Shown piece after piece: positions 1-12,031 of a DNA stretch of 64,000 nucleotides (positions within the stretch are counted from its first letter, which is position 1; every line of letters starts with the position of its first letter). The stretch lies in NCBI GenBank assembly GCA_004431415.1, contig QPMI01000177.1, positions 55,270 to 119,269 on the forward strand, read 5' to 3'. The position numbers and the translations under genes are program-made. This stretch comes from Cyanophora paradoxa CCMP329 (lineage: Eukaryota > Plantae > Glaucophyta). The notes under the pieces are model-generated. The model saw only the letters and a list, made by a program, of their open reading frames with translations. It had not been told where the DNA came from and ran no database searches.

Positions 1-56
1 AATCGTGAGATAGGGGAAGGGGGCGTGGGGGGGGGGTACGGGATGAGTGGGCGTAC

Positions 57-3000
57 CATCCCACGTGATGCTGCCGCGCTCAGGATGCGAGACCTGGCGG
101 AAGGAGGGCAAGCTCAGGGGCACGCAATTTTCGGGTCGTTCTAGGGGGGGATACCGTGAAGCGGCGGACGGAGGCGAGCTCGGCGGGGGACATGGCGGAG
201 AGGGCCGCGGCGGGGGGGTACGTGACCAGGGGCGGGGGGAGGGGTACGATGTGGCTCGGCCCGGTGCGTGTCGACGATTCGAAGGCAGTGGGGAACGCCG
301 CCCGCCGCCCAGGGGACGTGCCAGCGGGAGGGTACGCGGACGGGGGTGCGGGCGCGAAGCGGGGGGAGGCGGCGCCGGGGGATACCGACGCGGCGGCGAA
401 TGCGGCCTCGAGCCGCTCCATCCGCTCCTCGCTCAGCGTGCGGGCCGGTCGCGCGCGCGCCCGCGGCGCGCCCACACGGACGGCGCGCCGCGGGCGGCCG
501 CGGGGAGCCTCCGCCTCTTCCGAGCGGCCCGGCTCGAAAAGCCGCGCCGGCGACCCCTCGGCCGCCAGCGGGGGTGGGGAGGCCGGGGGCACATCATCAG
601 AAGCGCCGGGCCCGCCGGACGCCGATCCGCCGGAGGAAGCCGCGGGAGGTGAGGCGGGTGCTCCTCCGAAGACGAACGGGGTCGCCGGGTCCGGCGAAGG
701 TGGGAGGGGAGAAGAGGAGAGAGGGCGAGCCTCAGTCGCGGAGAGGGGGCTGACGAGGGGGGGCCCAGACGCCTCGGCGGCTCCCGCTCCGGCCCCAGCG
801 GGCGGCTGAGACGTCGACGCAGCGCCCTCTGACGCCGGCGGGGCCGGAGAGACGGCGGGTACCAAGGGCGCCGTCTCGTCCGAACCCGAGGAGGGCCGCG
901 GGGGCACGCCGCCTCCGAAGACGAAGGGGGCCGGGCTCGTGGGGGGAGGGGAGGCGGGGGAGCCGAAAATGAAGGAGGGTACCGGGCTGGAAGGGGAGGG
1001 GGAGGGGGGGAGCTCGGCCGCGCCAGGCGAGGAGAAGGTGAAGGAATGGCGCGCAGGGGCAGGGGCAGGGGCAAGGGAAGGGGTAGGGGCCCGGGGCGGG
1101 GAGGGGGAGAACGAGAAGACGGGCGGGGAGCCGGGGCCGGAGTTGGGCGAGCTCGCCCCGGCGGCCGCCGCGGCGCCGCCGAAGGAGAAGGACGGGCGGC
1201 TGGGGTCGGCGGGCCCCGCGGGGGAAGAAGGAGAGGCAAAGGGCGAGAACGCCTGAGGGGGACGGGGCGGGGCCGCCTCGGCTGCCGCGGCGGGGCGGTC
1301 CGGCCGGGCCGAGCCGAGGGCAGGGAAGGAGAAGTGGGGAGAGGCGGGGGCGCGGGGCAGGGAAGGGAACGGGGCGAAGCCGGAGGGGAGGGGGAAGTAG
1401 TACAGAGCGGGGGCGGGGCGGGCGGGAGGGGGCGACGGGGCGAAGGCGGGTGGGGGATCGGGTCGAGCGAGGCGGGGGCGGGGGCGGGGGGCGCCTGCAG
1501 GGTACGCAGGGTGGATGCCTTGGGACGCAGTCGCACCGGAAGACGGGGGGTACTGGGGGTGCCGGAGGGCGCGGAGGCGGGGACGCCGGCGCACGAGGCG
1601 AGGAGGGCGGGGGGGAGGGCGAAGAGGAGGGGGAGGGGCGGGGGCGGGGGCGTCGGGCGGCCCGGGCCGTCGTCGGGCGCGCGCGCGGGGCCGGGGCAGG
1701 CCGGGGGCCCGTCAGGAGCAGAGGGGGGCTGGAGGAGAAAAGGGGTACGGCGGAGGGCCCGAAACGGATCTCTCCGACAGGCGAGGGCGGGTCGAACGAG
1801 ATCGCGTCCTGCGGGGGTACATGCTCGAGCACGGAAGGGGAGGGGGAGGGGGGCGAGGGGGGTACGCTCACGGGAGCCGCGGCGGCAGCGGAGAGGGCGC
1901 GGGCGGCCTCCGCAGCGGACGGTCGCTTGGTCGGCTCCTGGTCCCACATCCGCCGAATCAGATTCGCCAGCGCAGGTGGCCACGCCGCCAGCTCCGGACG
2001 CTCCCCGTTTGCGATGCGGCGCAGCACCTGCGCCGGCCGAGCTCGGCGGGGGAGAAGGGGAGAAGGCGAGGGGGGGGTACGCCCGCGCACATCCATCGGG
2101 GGGAGGTCCGGGAAGGGCGGTCGGCCGGAGAGGGCCTCGTTGAAGAGGACCGCTGCGGCGAAGACGTCCGCAGCCGGCGTCGGCCTGCGCCGGACGCGGT
2201 CGGCTGGGCGCGGAGAGCAAGCTTGGAAAGGGGGGTACAGGGGCGGCGGACGGACCTAGGCGCGATGGACGTGAGCAGCTCCGGGGCGCTGTAGGCGTCG
2301 GCGCCGGCGGGCTCAGAGGCGCCCACGTCGGCAATCTGAGCGGGGAAGATAAGCCCTGGAAGAGAGCGGCGAGTCCGCCGGGAGGGGCGCGCCTTGTAGG
2401 CGCGGGAGGCTCCTGTCGCTCCGAAGATCTGGGGAGGGGTACGGCGGTTCACATCAGCAGGTCCAGGAAGAAGCGGGGGTACGAGGGCGGGGGCGGGGAG
2501 CGCACGAGGACGTTGGGGGGCCGGAGGCGGCCGTGGGCTGCGCCGCAGCGCCCGTGGAGGAACGCGAGCCCGGCCGCCACCTGCCGCGCTGCGCCCGCGC
2601 CGGCTCGCCTCTCGAGAGGGGGGTACGCGAGGCGCTGAGTCGAGGGCGCGCGCACCGCAGTCGAGGGCCTCTGCGGGGGAGATCCGAGCGGAGCGGAGGC
2701 TTCCCGAGGCGCGCTCGCACACCACCGCGAAGCGCTCGCGGGGCGCAGCCACGAGGCCGTAGACCTGTACCCGGGGTCGCCGGCGAGCCCGGGCGGGGCG
2801 CGGCTGCGGGCAGCGGGGCGTGCGTGCCTGGACAATCGATGGATGACGCAGCTTTCTGCGCGCGGGCCGCGCGTCGAGTGGTGTCCGGCCGCGGGAGAGC
2901 GGGGCCCGCTCACCCCGCGGCGGCGGCCTGCCTTCGGAGCGCGGTGCGGAGCTCTTCGGCCTCGCGCTCGCCCGCCGGAATGAGGAGCTCCCGAAGCGCG

Positions 3001-3591
3001 ACGGCGTGGCCCGCCCACGCCCCCGCCAGCACGCGCGTCCCGCCGCCCGGCCGGCGCCCGATCTCTGCCGCCCGGTCGACGAGCGTGGCGCGCCGCGGAA
3101 CGAACAGCGCACGAACCGCGGCCCCTCGTCACGTCGGTGGCGGGAACTACGTGCAGCTGCTCCGAGCTCGAGTCTCCTGCGCACGCGGCCGGCTCGATCA
3201 GCGCGCGCGAATTCAAAAGCGCAAACGAGGCGGGAGGGAGCGCACGAACGGTTTTGAGCAGATCGCGCATCGTGGTGTTCACCGGGAGCGGAATCGGAAT
3301 CGTCACGCTCGCCCGGCAGACGGGGCACTGGACCCGCGCCGAGTTGCAATTCGCCGCGTCTGCGCGGTGCCTCATCCAGGACTGCACCCGCTGCAGCTGC
3401 TCCCACTGCTGCTCAGCGTTTTTCACGCCGGGGAGCTCGCGGATGCAGCTGCGGCAAAAGCTGTGGTTGCAGACCAGCGTCGTCGGCTCCTCGAGCGCGT
3501 CGAGGCAAACGCCGCAGTTGAATTCGTGATGCTCATGGTCACCCGCTAGAACACCCGCGTGGCTGGCTGTCGCCCGCATCGGGACAGCCAT
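57..3591 (-). CDS. Multi-exon RING finger + TKL-type pseudokinase + Pro/Ser-rich FxFG-like region + Nup98 autopeptidase-like domain (continues off the left edge)
   Basis: C3HC4 RING (CGVC...CNHSFCRSC...CPVC). Kinase-fold motifs GAWAGHAVALREL, LRHPSIVQ, LAFLH, HGRLRPPNVL, IADVG, YSAPE, DVFAAAVLFNE, MWDQEPTKRPSA. Repeated PFVFGG/SFSFGG/SFIFGS. Spliced YPPAAALSAMSPAELASVRRFT|VSHPERGSITWD across GT-AG intron 154-94. Exon joins are partly inferred. Confidence 0.7.
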
Positions 3592-4043
3592 GGCCAGTAC
3601 CGGTACCCGGCTGATATCGGTCCCCCCGGACAAATGGCGAACGAGCTCGAGAGCCGTGCGAAGCGGGCGCGCACGGCATCACACAGTGAAGGTAAGCTCG
3701 GCGGTAGATCGATAGCTGAGGTCTGCGCCGCCGGCTGAGCGCCGCGCGCTTTCCCTCGCGCGCCGCGGCCGGCGCAGCGGGAGGCGATGCGAGCGAGCAG
3801 GCCGGCCACGGGACGCACCGCTTCGCATCGAGCAGCGATGCAGCCTCGTCCGCGAGCGGTGCGCTTGCCGTTCGGCCGCCCGCAGCTCGATCGCGAGCTC
3901 GATATCGATGATTCGAATTCAAATCGTTGACCGTGGCCGTGCGCGCGCGATATTGATCCATTGCAGACAATAGCGCATGCTCAGCGAAGGTTGCGAGTGG
4001 TCTTTCAAGCAGAGGAGCAGCTCCGCCGAGCGTTGGAGCGGTG

Positions 4044-5320
4044 ATGGCGGCGCCGGCCGCGGCCGGCGGCAGCCCGCTGGACCTTCTGCCGGACGAGTTG
4101 CTGAGCCGCGTGCTGTTCGAGGCGGCGCGGCGAGACTGGACCGAGCGGCCAGTGTGCGCGGGGACATCGCTGCTCGACCCGGGAGACGACGAGCCCGACG
4201 TGCAGCCCGAGGAGCTCGTGAAGCTGAAGGCGGTGTGCCGTCGGTTCCGGCGAGTCATCGATGATGGCAGCCTGTGGGGCCGCGTGGCTCTGTGGGAGCC
4301 GAACGACGTCGACGCGGCGCTGGATGCGCTGACGAAGCTGCCGGAGAAGGCGAGGGCATCCATCCAGCGCGTCGTTCTTAATGCAGCCAACACCAGCATC
4401 ACATCCACTGGTCTCTGCAAGCTGGCAGCAGCTCTTCGTGATCAGATCGAGGAATTCAGCATTTTCTTCACTGAAGCAAACAGCGACGCTGATCATGATC
4501 GGTTTCCCTTTGTTGGGATCGTTCCAATCATCACCATGCAGCGTCTCCGCAGTCTTTGCTTTGGGGTGTGTGAGCACCCGTCGGCGTTCGTTTCAGCATT
4601 CACAACGCCTTCCGTTCGGGAGTCCATATGCATGTCGTTTATATCCTTCCTTCCGGATCTTCAGGTCCGGGAACCGTGACTCTCGATCTAAATTTCCGAT
4701 TAGTGATCATGAACTCTAGATCTAGATCTGAACCTTGCAGTCCGATTCTTATTCCGACATGTCCCAGATGCTCGAACTTGACATGCCTCTTCCTATCTCT
4801 GTCCTAGAAGCTCTAGATCTCGCTTCCGGTCCCTTCGCTTCCTCGCTCCGAGGGCTGGCTTTTCGCGCCGTGTTCAATGCAGACGAGCATCCAGCAGCAG
4901 TTTTCGCTGCAGCAGCCAAGTTCAAGTCTCTGGAGAGGCTGGCGCTCTCGTTCTTCCGCACGGACTCGGACGATCCAGACGCGTCCCTCCCCGCTTTTCT
5001 CCACCCCGATGCTCTACGCCCGCTGGGCAGCCTCGTGCATATGCAAGGTGAGTTAATTCTTATATAAGTTGCGAGGTTCAAATTCGATCGTTGATTTATA
5101 TATCTCGCTGAATCGCTGATCATTTGACTGCAGAGCTTCGAATAGACGGGTTTCTCGGTTGGATTGGATTTATCTCCACTATGCCTCGACTGCACTCCCT
5201 TCTCATCTCTATGGATCAGAAAACAGCGGGGATTGTCATTGACACGCGGCCTCTTCTTGCGGCTGCCAGTCTCAGGTCGCTTGTCCTTGACTACATTTCT
5301 CAGAGTCTTTTGAAACAAAG
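4044..5320 (+). CDS. F-box protein with a degenerate LRR-like C-terminus, about 3 exons; the 3' end appears disrupted
   Basis: LDLLPDELLSRVLF...LKAVCRRFRRVI...LW is an F-box signature. The frame continues through ORFs 4735-5067 and 5124- via GT-AG introns (e.g. aag|gtgagt near 5047). Confidence 0.7.
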
Positions 5321-5408
5321 CAAGATGCAATTGCTTTTGCTGTTGCGGGTCTCCCATGGCCATCTCTCGAGGTGCGAGTGCACTGCGGCATACAGGTTCT
5401 CGTACTCG

Positions 5409-5460
5409 GCTAGCTGCACGTTCTCATAGTCATGCATGACTATGAGAACGTGCAGCTAGC
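5409..5460. repeat. Perfect 52-bp palindrome (fold-back junction)
   Basis: gctagctgcacgttctcatagtcatg|catgactatgagaacgtgcagctagc; the two arms are exact reverse complements. Confidence 0.95.
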
Positions 5461-7820
5461 AGAGAAGTCCTCGTTCGAGAAGCACGTGAAGCGCGCGAAG
5501 TGCTCGCTGCATACTGTACCTACCGACATGTCTCTTCCGGCATCGGCAACGGTCGGGCAGTACCCGTGTAGGCAGTGCTCTACCGTCTGTCCGTCGGCTC
5601 CTTCCCTTCGCCAGCACGAGGCTGCACACGCCAGAGGTAAATTCTGTGATGCGGGGCTCAACCAGCTCAATGTAGTGACGTTGCCCGCAATGCAGAGGCT
5701 GCCGAGGATGTAGTCGAGTCCGAGTGCAGCAGCAACTCGTCCGAGGAAGAAGCGGATCCGACGTCAGGCCGCCGGAAGCGAACAGCCAGACGGGCCACGC
5801 ATAGCTGCGATCATGAGGGCGGAGGCTGGAGCGGCGGAGAGATAGCCTAAGGTGGCTTAGGTGTGGCGGTAGAGTTTAGACTCTGCTCTGTCGGGCAAGA
5901 TTTGCTTGCACTGGGTGTCCTTTATCAACTCTAACCGTCCCGGGCGGCTGGCGCACGCAGGTACGAGGCCTGGTCATCAAATCCCGGACAGGCGAGGTAC
6001 GCCACCTAAGCCACCTTAGGCTATTTCTCATCATGAGGGCTGCAGCTGGAGAGGCGCTTCGAATTCTGCATCGTCTCTGCGGAAGCACAAAGAGAAGAAG
6101 CACCCTCCAGGTGGATTCTATTTTCATGCACATGTGGATTCGCGGTTCACTGGCTGAATTGTCGATATCACCGGTCAGATATCGCTCCTTGGGACGCACT
6201 GCCAGCTCTTACTACGACGTGGAAGAAGGCGTGGCCGCGAAACAGCACTTTTTGGACGTGCGCCTGCTGCGCCGAATATCGGCCTGCCGCGGACTTCCCC
6301 AAGTGCCCCTTGTTTCCCGCGTCGCTCGAGATCTTTACTCCGCTCTGGGTCTACAAGTGAGCCCTCCGAACGTGTTTTACATTTCCACTGTGCAGCACTT
6401 ATCTGGGTGCAGGGAGGATGTTGAGGCTCCCCCGCCGTGGCAGAAAGAGCTCGGGATTGAAAAACGCGAGGGGTCTCTGCTGCTGCCGCCGGCCTTTCAG
6501 CGCGTCACCGGCACGGAAAGCCGGCCGGGCCTCCATCAAATGCTAGCCGTACTCAAAGTCGAAGGCGACTCGGGCACCTTCGTCGAGTCGTGCCCTGGCA
6601 AGATCTAGATGTGCAGCTGCAAGGTCGCGTGCACGAACATTCCGCACTTTCGTCTGTGCCAGCGCTGCATTCCCTCCCTCAAGTCGGGCAACATGCCTCG
6701 AACGGCAGTGGCGTTGTGGGACTTCGGCTATCTCCCCGAGGAGCTAAGCAGCCTGAACGAAGCGGAACGAAAGCTCATTGCAATCGTTAGCGGCGAGACC
6801 CGCATCCGCACTCACCACCCTTCAGGCCAGCGCTTCACTCGTGGCAACTGCATCTCATTCTTCAACAAGATCAACGAACTCGTCCTCGTCCTCCCCCGCA
6901 CGGCTGGGCAGTCCAAAACTGTTTACATTCAAACTGAGGGTGCACCTGTCACCATCACTCTGAAAGTGCGGCCCTGGCTCATTCGACGCGCTCTCTACTG
7001 GCTGAAAAAGGATCGCGGCCCATTGTAATATTCACTTTCAGCCGTTTGCAACAGCTGATGACACCATGTGCGCGCGTTTCGCAGAACAATATTCTGCACG
7101 TATAAAAACATCGACATCAGCGAGGAGAATTTGGCGACTTACAATCGCAACGTCATGGTTGTCCCGCAGGCAGGCGATGTTGTGCATACAGCAGACGGGC
7201 CTGTCAATTCCTCCGAAATACTTGAGTCTGCCCGGCATTTGCCGCTTGACGAGGATCCCGAAGACGCCGATGGAGAGCTTGGAGACGACGTGTTGAACAC
7301 CATGTCGACAGAGCACGTTGGCGTCATCGGCGACGGGCATCCAGAAACCGCCAATGAAGCCGTCAAGCGAATGATCAACAGGAGCCTTCGTGCAAGGGAT
7401 CAGGTGTTTGCTTTTTGTTGCAGATGCAGACTCTGCTTTCGCGACGTCGACGTTGATGCTGTTTGCGGCGCGCGTAGACTGTTACTGTTCCCCGCAACAC
7501 GGCTCCTGTCAACGAGTTTGAACACCCGAATTTATTCGGGCTCATGTGCCCGTGCTCTCGCAAGACGGCCCTCTTCAGGACCGGCGCCGCTGGCTGCCGC
7601 TCACGTGCACCCCCTGGTCGACTTCCGCCCCGACCCCCTACAGAAGGCCTGGATTGCCTATGTTTACGGCGAGCCCTCTACATGTACAGACAGCACCATC
7701 ATCTAGCTCGATCTTTTAGCCAGCTGGTCAGGGTTAGCGGTAGGCCGCGCGAACACAGTTGATGCGCAGCGTTTTTCCGCTCCAGAACAATCTTTCATAT
7801 ACAGTGCGCTGAATCTGGCC
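5432..7820 (+). pseudogene. Helitron/Helentron RepHel N-terminal remnant (C2H2 zinc fingers, DUF6570-like region, start of Rep domain)
   Basis: YPCRQC...LRQHEAAH. CQRCIPSLKSGNMP...FGYLPEELSSLNEAERKLIA...GQRFTRGNCISF...LPR...LKVRPWLIRRALYWLKK...YKNIDIS. PVNEFEHPNLFGLM, then RFSAPEQSFIYSALN, after which it is truncated. Interrupted by the insertion at 5837. Confidence 0.7.
5837..6029. mobile_element. 193-bp TIR element (GAGA termini) flanked by a 27-bp imperfect direct duplication
   Basis: TIR gagagatagcctaaggtggcttaggtg / cacctaagccaccttaggctatttctc. Flanks 5810-5836 and 6030-6056 are identical at 23/27 positions. A related TIR copy lies near 40672-40706. Confidence 0.7.
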
Positions 7821-7896
7821 TTTCATTCAGGCTTTTCTTTATTCGGTTTGATCGCAGCGTCTGCTTATCGGGCCTTTTTTGTTTTTTTCAATATTA

Positions 7897-8037
7897 ATCT
7901 GTGTTTATCTTTACACTTCAACCTGCCGCGCGCACTGGGCCGGGGTCGATCTAGATCTGCCCCGTGCATGCTCGTGCCTCATTAGATCCCGATTCCCCCC
8001 TTGCACCCCCGGCGCGAGAATCGCGGCCGTGCCCCTA
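7897..8037 (+). mobile_element. Helitron-family 3' terminus (sub-TIR ccccccttgca + GC hairpin + ccccta)
   Basis: About 140 bp closely similar to 22402-22560 and to the reverse complement of 13759-13807 plus 14523-14560. Confidence 0.8.
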
Positions 8038-8519
8038 TAAATAGATATAGGACCTGCAGTTGGCGACGCGCGCGCTCGCGCGATCGGTCAAGCGCGCGCG
8101 CGCGACTCCTCGCGCGGACGCGGCGAAAGGACTCCGAGCCCTAGGAGCCTCGTGAGAGCCTCGGACTCCTCGTGTGACCGTGAGAGCCTCGGAGCCCCCG
8201 GGCCCCTTTTTTTCCGCGCGCATGACGGAATCTCTTCGAAAATTCGGAATCCGATTTTTAAGCGCGTGCGAGTTACTCCTTCGTCTAGATCTTGCACTAT
8301 GTTTACGATTACCATTACGAGACGATTATGAGAGAGAAATTATGAGAGCAAGCTAAAACTTGAAGATACCGATATCTAAATCAATATCGAGAGAACGAAA
8401 GCAGCCGCGACGCTGAGGGCCATCCCGAGGAGTCCCTGAGACGAAAGACGTCGGCTTTAATTCGAATTTCAAAAGTTTGCAATCGAGAGCATATATACTA
8501 TAGCTTTGATACTATAGTG

Positions 8520-11500
8520 TCAAAAATGTAATCGAAGTGCGCTCACCATGGCGGAGGTTGGACGCATCGACGCTGCAGCATTCACCCAGTAGGGAACGGC
8601 GCTGACAGAACCAACAGGGGTCCACCGGAAAGCCTGCGAAATATTGGTCAAGGAAAACGGCAATAGAATCTCGACAAGCGCGAGCGCACGTTCGCGAAAA
8701 CGATGGGAGCGAACGGCTGTTGGCCGGGAGCCGCCTCGATCTGGATATTGTACTGCGGTGGCAAAATATACGTTTAATTTACTACAATGGCGCGACGTTG
8801 GGTTCAACCGCGGGATTCGAACCGGGGTGTTGGTCGAGAAGAGAAGGTGGCGGCGAGTCGACCTCAGCTTAGGTGCCTCTGCAAAACTACGTGTGTGCAA
8901 AGAACGATGAAACGCATTCGAAACATTTGTGAGACGCACTGAATCTCAGAATGACGTTCGAGCCGGCCCCCGTCACGCTCTCGTCCGAGGCCCGCTCCTT
9001 GTTGCCGTTGTTGTCAGTGATGTAAACCGCAACCAGCTGGCCAGCCTAGCGAGCGCGACGTCGATGACGAGGTCGGAGTCAAGAGACAAATTAAGGGCAT
9101 GTTGACTTCTGGGTGGAAAAGAGAAATGCGCGCTACCTGGAAAATATTGACGACCGGTACTGTGATGAAGTCCGAGGAACCGGTCTGGAAACGACAATCA
9201 GTGGCAACGAAGATATGTATTACCAGTGGCTTTTCTAATCCTTAGGAGCTGAGACAATGTAAGAGCCGGTATAGAGATGACGATCAGCGGCAGTTGTAGA
9301 GTTTATATATACGCATTGCAAGATTTGCCTGAGGTGCAGATGTGACAGGGGATTCAAGGGTGAGTTTGTAGATAGTGACGCCGTTCTTGTCCTGCGCGTA
9401 AAAGCTGTCAATGTCTGATCATGAATTCGAAAGGAAGGGATCCGCGGCCGGACTCCGGAGTTCGAAACCGCGTGCACAGGGGTTTGATATAATTATAACT
9501 AAATTTTACAGTTGTTCAAATTCGTGCCGGCTTACCGTCTCCTTCACGAACTGAGACACATTGAACTGTAGTCAACGTTGTACAATTAGTGACTGGCTTT
9601 GCATGAGAGCTCGGCGTTGTATTTGAAACGCCGACCGAAATGCCGTTCACTACTACGGAGACGATGGCGGAAGAGCTGAAAACGGGCTGCGAAAAATGCA
9701 TTGGATATCGATTAGAATATGCGAGTCACTTCGGAATTTTATATAGATCTCGAACGGTCCATACGCATATCTAGATCTTTTAATTCGGGGTTGCGATACA
9801 ACTGCAGGGAAGCGAACCAGCGGCGGTGCAGCGGCCGCGGACGCCGTGGCCTCAATGGACGGGGACGGGGACGGCGTGGGGAGCGATGCGATGCCCGGCG
9901 AAGGCGTTGGGGCTGGGGGCTGGGGGCTGGGGCTGGGCGAAGGGCTCGAGCTGGACGAAGGGCTCGGGCTGGGCGACGGGCTGGGGCTGGGCGAAGGGCT
10001 CGGGCTCGGGGAAGGGCTCGGGCTCGCGATCGAAGACGGATCCGGGCTTAATGGGCAAGTTACTGCAAGCGAAAATGCATAGATTCAGAGAAAGCGCAGC
10101 TTCCGCGCTCATACAAGTATACTTAGGGTAAGTATGTAAACTAAATTGCTGCAATCGCGAATTTTGATCATGAGCCGACGTGTCGTGTTCGGATTATTTT
10201 GCACCGTTTGCGGTCGCGTTGAAACCACCGCCGTTTGTGCCTCGGATGTCGGACTGGAAAATCAAGAAAAGAAACTCGGAGCCCGTTGCGACGTATGCAG
10301 GGATCGTGCTGACATCGACGGTGCGGGACCCGATACCTCCCCCGCTCGTCGCCGTCAAGTTATTGAATGCGTACGTTGAACCCGTGGCTTTAAGTGAATA
10401 AATCTGTGCGCGTGAAAAAATATTCAGATGTATTACTATATGTATCTCGACTCACAGAAAAACTCACAGTCAGTGCATCGGATTGGCACGAAACAGGGCA
10501 GGTCTCTAAAACAATATTTGCGAAGGAGAGCGACATATTGCAGCCAAGGTTGTTCGGCGCCGCGAGAATCCTGCGATAGATAGAGATTTGTGTGATATAT
10601 AAGTAATGATCATGACACACATATATATATGTACGTGTGTAATATATTACTTGCATAGTTAGGCAGCACGCGCATGCAAACCCGCGGCCGCTCACCAGAA
10701 GCCGAAGTAGCCGTCGTCGTACGGTCCGTAGCTGACAGATGCCGACACCCCCGCGCTCGCTGCCAGGAAATTCTTTGCAGCCGCGAAATTCGCGACGGCG
10801 TTCTCGGGTACGGTGTAGGCGAGATTAGGGTCGGAACCGTCCGTGACGACGTCGAGCGTGGGGGGCGACGTTGGCGTACCTGCTCGAGGCAGTGAACAGG
10901 CAGCGCGTTACAACGTTAACGTGCACGTGCGCGCCGGCGCGCAAATGATTTATATCTTTAAATACCGAACGCTCGCACTGCCAGTGCTCGGGACTGCCCA
11001 GTAGCGGGCGCTGAAGCTGAAGGTTGCGTATGTGTGCCAGACATGCACAAGAACCCCCGAAGCGGATGCGGTGATCACGGTGCCGTCCGTTTTGATGCTA
11101 CTGCCGATTGCCAGCAGAGAGGGTGTAGCCATCCCAGACCCAAGGTCGACAACCTGTTGAAAACTAAGACTCGTTTTAATTGTCACTAGTACAAGTACTA
11201 GTACTGCGCATGCGCATGCGCCGCTGCACATGCTCGGCGGCCGCGTGCACGTGCGCGTTCGCGCACCCGGACGCCCGTGCCGCTGTAGGAGTCGGACGGG
11301 TCGGTTGTCCGGTACGTCTGAGCGACGAACTCGATCTGGATGACGTAGTTGGTCACCGGATACAGAATGATCCTACGCGCCGACGCTGGAATCAGACACA
11401 CATGCACAGATATCTCGCCAGCGGTTCATCCGATCGCGACTCGCGAGCGGCGGCCACACGCGGACGCACCACGCGGCCCCTCCGACGCCGAGCGCCCCGA

Positions 11501-11694
11501 AGTCGGAGTTGGCGGCCGGGACGTTGTAACTCACATTCAGCCACGCGGGCGTCGAGGAAGCAAGCAGCACTCCCGGCTGCGTGCTGTCTGCCGAGAGCTG
11601 CCCGGTGGCCGCGGGGGCGAGGATGCACACGGCCGCGCAAAGGAGGAGAGTCGCGCAAGCGCCTCTCGGCGATCGCGAGAGCGCTAGCTCAATA
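8520..11694 (-). CDS. Multi-exon predicted secreted/surface protein with an (SP)n linker; boundaries approximate
   Basis: Signal-peptide-like MSIELALSRSPRGACATLLLCAAVCILAPAATG. Several short minus-strand coding blocks are separated by GT-AG introns. PSPSPSPS repeats at ~9860-10030. Confidence 0.45.
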
Positions 11695-12031
11695 CTCATT
11701 TGGGGTCCCGGAGTCCGGTTGTCGGAGTTCCGAGGTTCGGATTCTCGCAAGGCGAGGCCTAGGGACCCACCGTACGCGTGCCTACCCGTAGTAGACTGCT
11801 CCGAGGCTCACGTGCAGATACCGTACGAAGATATATTCGATAGGTGCGCATGCAGCTGTGTGCAGGCTGGTGCAGCAGCACTGCCGAAGACGGCCGCGGC
11901 CCGCAGTGCAGGCTGTGCCACGGTGCAGCTACCGTAGCACTGCAGCTACGCTAGGCTACCCGCAGTCTGGCCGCAGACTAGCCTACTAGGCTATAGCTAG
12001 TAGGCTATAGCTAGTAGGCTGAGGCTGAGCC

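Noticed and set aside
5851-6019. Introner-like self-splicing-out MITE (AG|GT and AG|G in the TIRs)
   Set aside because: An in-frame TAA precedes the donor, so splicing would not restore the zinc-finger frame.
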